Below the pieces are notes generated by a model. It made no database searches, was not told where the DNA came from, and was given only the letters and a program-made list of their open reading frames with translations. DNA of 64,000 nucleotides, taken from NCBI GenBank assembly GCA_002245135.1, contig NGBS01000323.1:1-64000 (forward strand), in the 5' to 3' direction. A program made the position numbers and the translations under genes. Below, one piece after another: positions 25,626 through 39,000 of the stretch. This stretch comes from Proteromonas lacertae. Taxonomy: Eukaryota. How positions within the stretch are numbered: position 1 is the stretch's first letter; each line of letters begins with the position of its first letter.

Positions 25626-28600
25626 ATGAGTAGAGATAGAAATAGGTTTTACATAAAAGATGAACTTCCAGCAAAACAAAAATATGAAATTACTTCTCTT
25701 TTAGATGACAATAGTTTAAAAGTATATCTATATCATCTATATTTGAAAGAATGTACAAAAAATTAAACTATCACCATTTTCACACACGAGAATTTCTGAC
25801 ACTTCAAAATCTTCACTATCTTCAGAAAGAACATCGATGGTATTTATATTATAATAAAGTTATACTGAAATAGACTAATACAGACCAAACAAAATATACA
25901 TTATCAAAAAAGAAAGTAATTACTCTTGTTGCTCCACTACAAATATATCAACCTTATATGTATATTTCATTCTCTATGATTGTTATGTATTAGTTCATAT
26001 TTAGATTTACCGAAAGTAGAACCATTCTTACACACCTATGATTGGTTAATAACAACTATTGATTCTATTTATTCTTTTAGACTAAAATATGAAAAGTTTT
26101 TGGAAGTTTATTCAAATATGAAGGTTTATTCATTTCCAGAATTTGTGTACTATTATATCTATCTACATTCTGATCAACATAAGAGAAGAATTATCAATGA
26201 AAAGAGCTGGGATTTCTTATATACTTTAAAACATTATGATAATAATGAGAATAGATATGTAATTGTTTTTTGTTCTTTCTTTAGAGTATTATTAATATAT
26301 ATATTATATTGTTTATTTCAAATAGGAAGAATACCAAAATTGTGATATTATTTACTATATTCATGCAAAAACAACTCTTTATGAAAAAGTATTATATAAT
26401 TATGAACATAGAAATTTACTTATCACAAAAAGAGACATAGAAAAATTAAGTCATTTGTTGTTTATAAATAAAAGAAAACCAAATAAAAAGGATTATTATA
26501 TTGCCTTTATTGAATTAGTAAATCAATATTTACCCAATTATCAAGATGAAATAATACCAAGCTATGATTTATTGTATATTATTTTAAACCATTATTTGAC
26601 TATCTTACATACTAAAAAGACTGTTATAAGCCACAAATCCAGATCCAGTAATAGTAAAACCAAAGAAAACAACAACTATAATAAAGAAAACAAAAGGAAA
26701 TAATGTTTTTATTCCTTTAGAACCTATAATTGAAGTATATAGTGTATTTTTTATACCATAGAAACCAGAATTGAATGATGTTACTTTATCAACAGATGTA
26801 GTAACAAAATTCACTAAATTTTGTAATAATAAATCTTCTGCAAATCCAATTATACCGTCAGATACTGAAATTAAAGAAACTTTACCTAATAATGATCAGA
26901 AAAAGAAACAAGTTAAAACTACAACTATAAAACCAAAATTAAAACCAAAATCAGATATTGAATCTCCTCCTATTCATTTGCCTGATCTTAATATATTAAA
27001 GAAAAGCAGTAATCCTCCAAAAGATTTAACAAATCAATTACTAGATAAAAAGGAAAGAAAAATATTAAACAAATCACCAAATCCTAAATCTTCCTCCTCT
27101 TCTCCAACTTATGATCCTTTACAAAAGAAATATGTTCCACCAATCCAAATTGAAGATGATACAAAGAAATATGGCAAATCGAAACGAAGAAATTCATTGA
27201 ACGATATCTTTCCTATTGAAATAGGTGACAGTAAGAATGATCTAAGTAATATTAATAACAAAAAGAATAACACTTTCAATTCAGAACCATCCTCTCCAAA
27301 AATCTATCATTATCCTTCACCTGAAGTATCTTTTGAAACTGTATAAGAATCCTGACTTAGATGATTATATTAAACCAAATAATAGGAAATCAAATTCGTT
27401 GAACGATTCTCTAAAATCTTCATCTCCATCTTCAAAGTTAGATTATATTCATAACAAATGGATAGTAAACCAGACTATGATTCCTCATCAAGTGATTCAG
27501 ATAATAATGATAATTCTATTTATAATGAAGATAAAAAATCTTTTCCTCCATCATTTATTTCATCAAAATCTCCTTCTATTCCTTCTCAACTGAATAATGA
27601 TTCGAAACAAACTGAAAGTGAATCATCTTCTGAAAATGAAGATAATGATGTTAATGATGAAGAATTTAAGAACTTATTATCTGATTATACTTCACCAATA
27701 CCTCCAGATTTATCATCTACTTTGTCTATTTCTTCTCAAGATATTAGTAAAGTAAAACCAAATACACTAAACTCAGTAAGAAATAGTTTAGATAATGATG
27801 ATAATAGTGATGATGATGAAGTTGTTGAAGATAATGGCTTATTAGATATATTTGGAAATCCACCTGATATTTCTAATCAAATGAGATCTTCATCTCAACC
27901 TGTAAATAGAAGATTATTTGATGATATTCCTGAAGATGAGAATGACAATAAAGAGAAGAAGAAGAAGAAGAGAATAATAAAGAAGAAGAAAGAAGAAGCA
28001 GAAGATAATGATGAATTGGATTTAACTCCATCTTATTTAAAACCAAAAATTAATAAAGTAGTAGATGATAAACAACCCAAAAGAAATATATCAAGAAAAA
28101 CTAATCCAATCAAAAAAGTAGAGATAAAAAGAAAAATCCTACAGGAAATAAGAAAGCTACTGTAGAAAAGCCAATCATTCCAAAATCTTCGAGTAATAAG
28201 ACATTATTGAATAAGAATAAGAAGAATTCGGTTGATAAAGACCAAAAGTCAAACAATTTAGATGAAAGTAAACCTAATAAAAATAAGACAAAACAAATGA
28301 GAAATAATATAGCTGAAAAATGGATTTGTTGAAGAAGAAGAATGAGAATATTAAAGAAAAGAGAAAGAAAAAGAAAAAGAAAAAGAAAAAGAAAAGAAAA
28401 AGAAAAAGAAAAAGAAAAAGAAAAAGAAAAAGAAAAAGAAAAGAAAAAGAAAAAGAAAAAGAAAAAGAAAAAGAAAAGGAGAAGAGAAGGAGAAGAGAAG
28501 GAGAAGGAGAAGGAGAAGGAGAAGGAGAAGAAAGGAATAAAGACATAGAAAGAGAATTGAATAAACAGAAAGACACTGAGAAAGTTAAACAAAAGCCAAA

Positions 28601-31600
28601 ATTGTTATTAAAATCGAAAAATAAGTTTGATGGTTTGAAGAATGATAATAACGGTATGAAAGAAGCAGAATCAAAACATCCACCTGTGTCAAAATTATCT
28701 CTTCTTAAAAATAGAAAGAAAACAATCAGTCTACCAGTATCTGATAAATCTAAAGAAACAGATGTAATTAATACTGTTTCTGATGTAAAAGATAAAAACA
28801 ATAAAACTGATAATGAAATGAAAAAATAAAACTGAAACGAATGGAGTAAGACCAAAACCGAAATTATCTTTGTTGAAGAATAGAAAGAAAACTATTAATT
28901 TACCAATTATTAATGATACTACTGATAATAATAACTTGAAACCTCTGAAAGAAGAGAATAATAAAGAGACAGATGAAAAACACAACAAAGACAATGATGA
29001 TTCTCATTTTCTCAACCTATACCTCAATCTCTCTCTCCAAAAACTATCAATACTAATTTAAACAAAAAGAAAAGAAAAAGTGAAGAAGATTCTAATACAA
29101 ATAATGCTAATAAGAATGATTCAATAAATCGAAGTGAAGAAAAAGTTCAAAACAAAGATATAGAAAAAGGAATTATTAAAGGAGAAGGTGGAAGTGATAA
29201 TATTGATAATGGTAAAAAGGATAAAGAAGCAATTGCATTAGTTAATGCTTATTTAGGTTTAAATGATGATGAATTACCTCTTACTCCTCCTCTTTCACCA
29301 AGAATAAAAGATGTAAAACCAGTCAATGATGTGGATGATGAGATTATTAAGGATCAAGAAAGAGAAGAAACAAAATTGAATTTATCCACTGGAGAAAATA
29401 ATCAAAAGAAAAAAGAAATAATAGAATATGAGAATAAGAATAAACCAAAATTAAAACCAAAATTGTCTTTGTTAAAGTCAAAGAAGAATTCAAATGATTT
29501 AAAAGATGATGATATGGTTTTAGATAAAGTTAAATCAAAACCTAAAACAATAACAAAATTATCTCTTCTCAAGAATAGAAAGAAGTCAAATAATTTGCCT
29601 ATCACTGATGAAACAGCTCATTTAGATAAGCCAAAATCGCCAAAAGAAGAACAATCAGAAAAAAATATCAAAATAATACCACAAAATAATGATATAAATA
29701 TTAATAATAAAGAAACAACATCTCTATCTCCAAAAGTCACAAAAATCAGTTTGAAGAAGAAAAGAAACTCTCCTGTAGATAATAGCAAAAGAAAATCGGA
29801 TAATGGATTAGAAAAACAAACACAAATAGTCTTTAACAAAGAAGAGAATGAATTATTAAATAACACAGATGAAGTTATTCTTCCTAAAGATTCAAAATTA
29901 CAATTAAATCACAGTGAAAAATCAGATCCGACAAGTATAAATGAGGAAGATAAAAGTAACAAAAGATCACCAATAATACTGCAGAAAAGAAATGAAAATG
30001 AAGTAAAAAGTAAATCAGATTTCAATAAAACAAATATGGAAGATGAAACTATCAAAGACGATGCTTATCAAGAAGAATCTGTTCCATTAGAGTCTAAAGA
30101 TCAAGATAATGTAAAGAATAAGAATAGAATATCAGAAGAAACAGATAAATCCAGACAAGATAAAATGGGAAAATCAGATGAAACATCGACTGATGAATCA
30201 ATTGTAAATGAAGTTAAAGAAACAAATGAAGAGAATAAAACAGAAGAAGAATCTATCTTATCAAAATCTAACAATAAAGCATCAGAAGGAAAAAGAAATA
30301 AAACAAAATTAGATGGAGACGAAAATGGAGAGAAAAAAGAGAAGAATAAAGAAAATAACCAGAAAATAATATCAACAAAATCATCTACAGTAATTGAGAC
30401 ATGAAGAAATTAAGGAAGAAGAATCAATTCCAAAAGAATTTAGTGATAAAATGGTTAAAGAAAAAATAGCTGAAATAAAACCAAAAGATGAAGAAAAGGA
30501 AGAAAAGGAAGAAAATAATAAGAATGAATCATATATTGATGATACTACTGTTATTGAAACTGAAGAAACAAGAAAAGAACAAAGTGAAGCAGTTTCAAAT
30601 GATGAAATCAACGAAAATAACAAGGAAGATGAAGATAATGGAGAAAATAAGAATAAAAAATTAGCTGTAGAATCTACAATAATTAAAACTGAAAATATAA
30701 CTGAAGAAACAAAAGAAGAAGAAGAAATTGTTAAATGTCAATCTGAAGATAAAACAGTTGAAGAACATTCAAATGAAAAACAACCAAATGAAGAAGAACA
30801 AAGAGAAAAAGATGATGAAGAACAGAAGAAGAATAAAACAACAACAATTACAACAACAACAACAACAATTGTGACTGAAGAGATAAATGAAGAAACTAAT
30901 GAAGAAATAAAAAATCAATCGAAAAACTTAAGCAAAGGAGATAATGAGAATAATCAAAACAAGGAAATGGCTGTAGAAAATAATAATAATAATAATGAAG
31001 GTGATAAAGAAGATATAAATGTGAAGAGAATAACAACAGAAAATTCATACAGAGAAATAGTGGAAGAAGAAGAAAATACTATAATATCTGAAGAAAAGAA
31101 GAATAATGATAATGATAATCTACTAATAAATAGCAGTAGAGTTAATGCAATGAAGAAAGAGAGATTTAACACTTCAAATGATGATAATGAAATAAATCAA
31201 GTGAAATTAGTGTTAAAATCAGAAAAGGAGAGAATTAGAGAAAGAGTTGAAGATTCAAGCATAATGAAAGACAAAATGGATTTTGATAAATCTGAAACTA
31301 AAAAGAAAAAGACTATATGGAAAGTCGAAAAATCAACAGAAGTGAAAGAAAAATTGCCATTTAAACAATATATGAGCAATTATATTGATACTTATTCATC
31401 ATCTTTTAAAGTAGAAGGAATTGATAACAAGGCATATGAAAGAGAAATATACACAAAAGTAAATGATCAAATAATTGAATCAATAAACGATAAATATAAA
31501 GAATGTGAGGATGGAAATTGTGATAATAATGATTTGAATAGTTTGTATAAGTCAATTAAAGATAACTATGAAAATAAGAATGATTATACTAAAGTCAATT

Positions 31601-31695
31601 TATTACTAAAGGAATTTTGTAAAAAAGTTGAAGAAGATCCTGAAGTACAAGAAGAAGCTGAAGAGATGGCATCTATACTTTCAACATGTCTTTAA
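25626..31695 (+). CDS. Large mostly disordered S/K/E-rich protein with a small N-terminal helical domain; several frameshifts
   Basis: ATG 25626 plus five GTAT..AG introns splice in frame into the 25980, 26455 and 26771 ORFs. Downstream ORFs abut with 1-nt shifts. The globular part (WLITTIDSIY..FPEFVY..FCSFFREEY) weakly recalls TSNAXIP1-like ciliary proteins. Confidence 0.6.
28367..28534 (+). repeat. (GAAAAA)n followed by (GAAGGA)n purine-only microsatellite, probably encoding (EK)n
   Basis: Directly visible hexamer arrays inside the CDS. Confidence 0.95.
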
Positions 31696-31885
31696 TAGTT
31701 TAGTCGTTGTATATTATTCTATTTGTTGTTATAACTATTTTAAGGAATGCAGAAATTGAAGTTAATTTATAAAAAAGTGTGAAACTGATCAAGCAAAAAC
31801 TTGAGTTTCTTTCAATCTTAATTGTTTTTGCTGTTACTTAGTTTTAATAATCTTACTGAAATTCTGGTTGAATAAGATCTAAAAA

Positions 31886-34800
31886 ATGGGTTGCAATAAA
31901 TCTAAGCAGGAACCATCTCAAGTAATAGAAAAAACAGAAAATAACTCTCAATTCCCTCCTCCACCTCCTCCGCCAATACAGACGAATACTTCATATGTCA
32001 AACCAGAAGAAAAATTGAGGACACCACCATTGACTCCCCAACAAACTCCAAAGAATCCTGCATTACCTCCAATAAAAAGATCCCCTGACAAAGCATCACC
32101 TCTTAGTAAAACAATAAATGTTTCACAACCTTTTAGACTACCAGCTCCAAGGACTAATAATAAATTAAACATATCAACAGATGGATTAAATACATCAGAT
32201 CCAGAGATGAAAGCTTCTCCAGAACGTGATTCTGCAATGTCAACAGTAAGTAGTAAACCTACAAGAGCAAGTTTCTATAAAACACCAAGAATACCAAAGA
32301 CACCAGCCTTTCACAAGAAAGATGCATTGAGTGCATCAATGATTTCATTTGATTTTTCAGATACACCTTCTCATTCAATGTATTCTGCAGCTCCTATTGT
32401 CAGAAGACCATCATTAGCTGAAATGGGACAAAATAACAATAATTTAAGCAGACGTAAAGTGGTATTACAAGTACTACAATCTGACTATGTAACTCCTACA
32501 TCCAAATTCTATGCAAAAACAGATGATCAAATTGAATTAATTCGAAAAGCTATAGAGGAGAGTGTAATATTCAAAAACTACGCAGAGACTCAGAAAGAGG
32601 CAATAATACAGAATATGTACAGAGAAGAATATAAAGAATGCGATGTAATCATGAAAGAAGGAGATGTAACTTCAGATTTTGTAGTGATAGAGAAAGGTGA
32701 AGTTGATATTCAATCATCAACAGAAGAGGAAGTATATGATATGTCAGAAGGTGGATTTTATGGTGATAGTATAATAATAATATTATTATTATTATAGTTT
32801 TTCTATTAAATGGTCAAGTATCACCTTTTACTGTAGTTGCAACAACAAATGTGATTATATGGAAAGCAAATGGTGCTGAATTTGAAGATACAAATATTAC
32901 ATCATTATCGTATATATATATAATAAATAATAATCTTATAAATAGTGTACAAAATCAAACAACAAAAGAGTTACTCCAGTCTGTTCCATTATTATCACAT
33001 CTAACAGAATATCAATTATTCAGTTTAATTCCATTAATACAAGAAGTTAATTATAAGAATGATGAATATATTATACACAAAGGTGATAAAGGAGATGCAT
33101 TTTATATAGTCAAAAAAGGAGTTGCTGTTTGTTATGATCATTTGACAAAGAATAGTCCAGCAACTAAAACAAGATCAATAGAATCTAAAGATAAGAATAA
33201 AGAGAATTTGGTTGAAATAAGAGAACTACATGAGAAGGAATATTTTGGTGAGATTGCATTGTTGAATGATATTTGTAGGACTTTAGATGTAATAGCGAAA
33301 GGTGAAACTACTTGTTGGATGATTAAAAGAGATGATTTTGATAGACATGTTGGTTCATTAAAGAATATATTAGATGTATATATACATATATTATTATTAT
33401 TATTTTATAGCATAATATGAAAGTAAGATTTGCAGATTCTACACCACTGTTATGCGATTTAACAATTGAAGAAAAAGACAAATTAGCAGAGAAACTACAA
33501 ATTGAGAAATTTGAAAGTGAAAAACCAATTGTGGTTCAAGGAGAAAGTGGAGATAAATTCTATATAATAGAAGAAGGAAGAGTGAAATGTACACAAAAAC
33601 GAAAGAAAGAAAAAGCCAATAAAGATGATAAAGAAGAAGAAGAAGAAGAAATATTTTTACGTAATTTGAATGTTGGTGATTATTTTGGTGAAAAAGCATT
33701 ATTTGAGAGTGAAGTAAGAAGTGCAACAGTTACTGCAATAACTAATGTAACTTTATTATCTATTACACGTGAAGTATTTATCGAAATATTAGGTCCATGG
33801 GAGAAAATAGAGGAAAGGAAAATAATTGAGAATTGTATAAAACAATCTCCTTTTTTTGCAAGATTATTATTGGCTGAGAATCAAATATTGTATTTAATTG
33901 ATTGTGGTAAAATAGTTGAGTTTAATGATAAAGATGTGATAATTAAAAGTGATAGTAAGCCAAGTATATATATATATATATTTATTCAAATTTTATTATA
34001 TTTTCTAAATAGCATCATTTTATATAATATTAGATGGAACAGTAAACTCAACTGAATTATACAAACTACCAATAGTTTTAACTCGAAATAGTTATTTTGG
34101 TGAAGAAGCAATCATCTCTGGAACAAAAGAAACCAAAAAATATACAGCTAAAGGTCATGTTAAGTGTTTTATGTTGGATTCTGAGAAGTTTATTGATATT
34201 ATTCAACCATTATTATATAAATTAGAAGATTTAGTACCATGTGGAATATTAGGAATTGGTGGATTTGCATTGGTTCAGAAAGTACATCCAAAAGATAAAT
34301 TAACTAGTTTTTATGCATTGAAAAGTGTTCATAAAAGTAAACTAAGAACAGCAGCGTATATTTATTTATAATAATAATAATAATTTATAGAGATAAAAGA
34401 AATATAAAAAATGAAAGAATGATATCATTAAAACTAAACCATCCATTTTTAATAAGATTAGTAGCAACTTATCAATCAGAGACTGATTTATATTTCCTAC
34501 AAGAATTTATATCAGGTGGTGATATTAGAACATTAATGTCAACTAGAAAGAATTCAAGATTAAATGATAGAGAAGCACAGTTTTATATTTCCTGTGCAGC
34601 AATTGCATTACATTATATGCATATGAAACATGTCGTTTATAGAGATTTAAAACCAGAGAATATACTAATCACTAAGACAGGTTATATTAAATTAACTGAT
34701 TTTGGTAATGCAAAAGAAGTGATGCAGAGGACTTTTACATTGTGTGGAACACCTGATTATATGGCTCCAGAAGTATATATATATAAATTACATTTTTTTT

Positions 34801-34923
34801 CTTATTTATAGTTATGGTTGAATAAAGGTCATGGTATTGAAGTTGATATGTGGGCTTTAGGTGTGTTATTATATGAATTTTTAGATGGAAATACTCCTTT
34901 TGATTTACGAGAAGGAGGACAAG

Positions 34924-34957
<34 letters not shown>

Positions 34958-35359
34958 ATTGATTATTATTATTATTATTATTATATTAGCCTGAACAAAT
35001 ATCTAGAATAGTAAGTTGTCAATATGAAATACCAGTTCATTTTTCATTATATTCATCTGATTTAATACAGAATCTACTACAAGTAGATGTGAATAATAGA
35101 ATAGGAGTTGGTCAAATGGGTTGGGATAAATTACAATTACATAATTACTTTAAAGGAATTAACTTTGATGAAATTGAACAACAGAAAGTCAAACCTCCAT
35201 TTGTATTTGTTTTATTAATATAATTATTGTGTATAGATTCCTACTGCTGTATATATGAGTAACTGTTGTCAAGACTTTAACTCATTGAGTGAGAAAGAAG
35301 TAAAAGAAATAACTCAATTGAATGAAATGACAGAAAGACTTTGGATTGATGGGTTTTGA
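31886..35359 (+). CDS. PKG: cGMP-dependent protein kinase with four cyclic-nucleotide-binding domains
   Basis: MGC N-terminus; CNB cassettes [13 protein letters not shown] and [13 protein letters not shown] plus two degenerate ones; kinase motifs [33 protein letters not shown] and DMWALG; ends WIDGF-TGA; about 8 short introns. Confidence 0.9.
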
Positions 35360-36009
35360 GTTTTTAATTTATAATAATAATTATATATATTTCTATTTTT
35401 AAAAATTTACTTCATTAATCTGTTTAGATATGAAGAAGAAAATGATCCAAGCCTAATTAGAAAAGCTTGAGATGATTGTTTCTGTAAGAATTGACTATTA
35501 AAGATATTAGTATATTAGCAATAATATTTAGCAGAAATGCTATTACTTTGATGTAATTATAAAAAAGAATGAGTATAATTGTCCTATTCCTTAATTGATT
35601 AAGTTGTAATCGAATATATTACTGTAAAAATGGTACTAAAGTCTATAAACTTGTATATATAATTGAAAGTAGAAGAATAAACATTGCAATATGCGATTAT
35701 TTTTTATCTTACTATGATAAGGTATGGAGTTTGTATGGATGACATATTTCATTGAAACTATTCTTTCTTAAGAGGTGTTAATAATTTATTGCTTTAAGCA
35801 CAGTGAAATCTAAACATTATCTAACAAAACATGCTGACATTATTATAAATGACAAATAATCTGAAAGATATGAATATTGTGAGATAAATGTGTGGTTGTG
35901 ATAAGATGGTTGTCCCAATTTAAAGTGAATTATATTCGTTTCGTGTACTATCAAGTCAAACTATTTTGGATCTTAATTAAGGGGGTGAGAAATAACTTTC
36001 ATATTAAAA

Positions 36010-39000
36010 ATGAAATTGGTATTGGTATTGTTAGCTTTGATAAGTATAGAATATATTCTACACTATAATAGGTACGATATCTGGCGAATGTGAACTTAAC
36101 AGTGGTATAATTGAATTATCAACCCAGGAAAACTCACGTTTTCCTATATTTCCACATGAAAATGACATTTCCTCATGTGTAATAAATCCAAGATTACCTG
36201 ATGGTTTATCTCTCTCACCAAACTGTGTAATAACAGGTAGATCAACTCGAAGTTTAGAGAAACGAGAATTTGAAGTGAAATATGTCTATAATGGATATTC
36301 ATTTAAAGATAATGTGAATATTGTAGTTTATGGAATATTGAATAGTTGTAGTTATGGAGTAAATGATGATGGAATAATAATTTCAGGTGGTAGTGCATTT
36401 ACAATCGCTCCTCCTCAGTGTAACTCTCCAATAAAGATATGTAGTTGTGATGGTTTACCTGCTGGAGTGAAAATCTCTGAAAATGGAAGAATCTATACTG
36501 AAAGACCAACATCAGTCAGTGATAAAGCTACATACAACATAAAGTGTAGTAATGGAATAAATGAAGTGACTATTCCCTTAAAACTGAGTATAGATGTTTC
36601 AAAAACAACAACAAAGCCACTTCAATACTTTCATTATCCAACCAATGAATATAACTTCTTTCTCAATCGAGCTGGTTCAATAATCCCTAGTTATTTAGGT
36701 AATATAAAATCAGGAGGTTGTTCAATAAACCCAACTTCATTAGGTACTGGATTATCATTTATTGCTGATACATGTGAAATTAAAGGAACATATACTTCAG
36801 GTGGTTCAAATAAAAACTTTACAGTAACTGCCATATCTACTGATGATCTAAGTAAAAGTGTATTTACAATAGAAATAAGGTATATAAGTGATAGTCATGG
36901 AAATTATCAATTTGGTTGGTTAATCAAATTTTATCGATTTAAAAATGCAAAATGTGATACTAGATATTCTAGTCAAACAGGTGAAAAAGAATTAATATAT
37001 GTAGGAGTAAGGGAGTATATAAATTACACTAAAGGTAGTAGTCTATGGCCAGAATATGGTTGGCATTTAGAACAACAATCATCCTTAAGTTCAACTGGTA
37101 TATTACATGGTAATCAACAAAGAATATTTTGTGGATACAGTGGTTCTACGCAAGTTTATTATGGTACAACAAGTAATTGGGAAAGACCTGAAAATACTGA
37201 TAATAATTTAGCGGACTGTAAATATCCTACTCAAACATTAATTGGTTATTTTACTAGCCGAGTTGAAATGCATCAACATAGAGGAGTAGGTTTAGATAAT
37301 CAATTTAGATTTGATATTCAAGTTGGTAAGCCAAGTGGAGAAGGTACTGCAGGAACAGGTGAATTTATTGGTCCTTCTGTAGTTGCTCATTTATATTTAG
37401 GATTTTTTGAATATTCGTTAATGAAAGCAATATATCCAGCTCATACTAAAATTCCTATTAATAAACCAGTATTACAAGCTTGGATTAGTGCTCGAACAGT
37501 TGATAGTTATGAAATAGAAGGTGATTTACCACTTGGATTGAAATTTGATCCAACAACAGGATATATAAGTGGTTATGTAGATGAAATAATGAAATCTCGA
37601 AATTATACAATAACTTTAAGAGGAAGAGATACAAGTGAAAAAGGAAATAATGCTGCATTTGTATATACATGTGAAATTGAAATGTCAATAGAAGAATATA
37701 AAAGTCTAGAAAGTGAAATTGAATGTGATTCAAATAAGATAATTGGTTTTACAGGTGAAACCATAACTCCAATCAGATGTTCAAGTAAAAATTCAATTGA
37801 AATGTTATATCATTCAACTGATTTACCCTTAGGATTAAGTCTAAATGAAGATGATGGTGAAATAAGTGGAACTCCATTAGAAGAAGTATTTGGTCATATC
37901 TCCACCATCTATGGTTATACAATCAATGGAGTTAGTTCAATAGAGATTGAATTTACTTTATATGGATGTAAAAAATCATCTGATTTAATTGAATTATCAA
38001 CAGAAACTGAATCAAATAAACCAATAATAATAAGCAAAAAACCTATATCTTCATGTGTAATAAATCCAAGATTACCTGATGGTTTATCTCTCTCACCAAA
38101 CTGTGTAATAACAGGTAGATCAACTCGAAGTTTAGAGAAACGAGAATTTGAAGTGAAATATGTCTATAATGGATATTCATTTAAAGATAATGTGAATATT
38201 GTAGTTTATGGAATATTGAATAGTTGTAGTTATGGAGTAAATGATGATGGAATAATAATTTCAGGTGGTAGTGTATTTACAATCGCTCCTCCTCAGTGTA
38301 ACTCTCCAATAAAGATATGTAGTTGTGATGATTTACCTGCTGGAGTGAAAATATCTGAAAATGGAAGAATCTATACTGAAAGACCAACATCAGTCAGTGA
38401 TAAAGCTACATACAACATAAAGTGTAGTGATGGAATAAATGAAGTGACTATTCCCTTAAAACTGAGTATAGATGTTTCAAAGACTGTAGAAAAACCACTT
38501 CAATACTTTCACTATCCAACCAATGAATATAGTTTCTTTCTCAATCGAGCTGGTTCAATAAAACCAACATTATCTTAGGTAATATCAAAATCTAATGGTT
38601 GTAGTCTATAGCATCATCAAATGATTTGTATAGTGGAGTTAAACTTGATGCTAATACATGTGAAATTAGTGGTATAGCTGCTACATTTCCAGAAGGCATA
38701 TCAAGAATTCATAATGTAACAGTGACTGCCATATCAGCTGATAATCTTAGTAAAAGTGTATTTACAATAGAAATACGATATATTAGTGATAGGTCATGGA
38801 AATTATCAATTTGGTTGGTTAATTCAATTTTATCGATTTAAAAATGCAAATTGTGTTGATAAATATTTAGATCAAACAGGTGAAAAAGAATTAATATATG
38901 TAGGAGTAAGAGAATATATAAACTATACTACTGGAAGTAGTTTATGGCCCGAATATGGTTGGCATTTAGAACAACAATCCTCCTTAAGTTCAATTGGTTT

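Noticed and set aside
15260..35359. RGS, K+ channel and PKG as an operon-like signalling cluster
   Set aside because: They are interspersed with unrelated housekeeping genes on mixed strands, and there is no evidence of co-regulation.
35360..36009. Long intergenic region checked for tRNA/snoRNA/snRNA
   Set aside because: No cloverleaf, convincing C/D box pair with terminal stem, or Sm-site structure is visible; the same holds for 52570-53030. An Infernal/Rfam scan would be needed.
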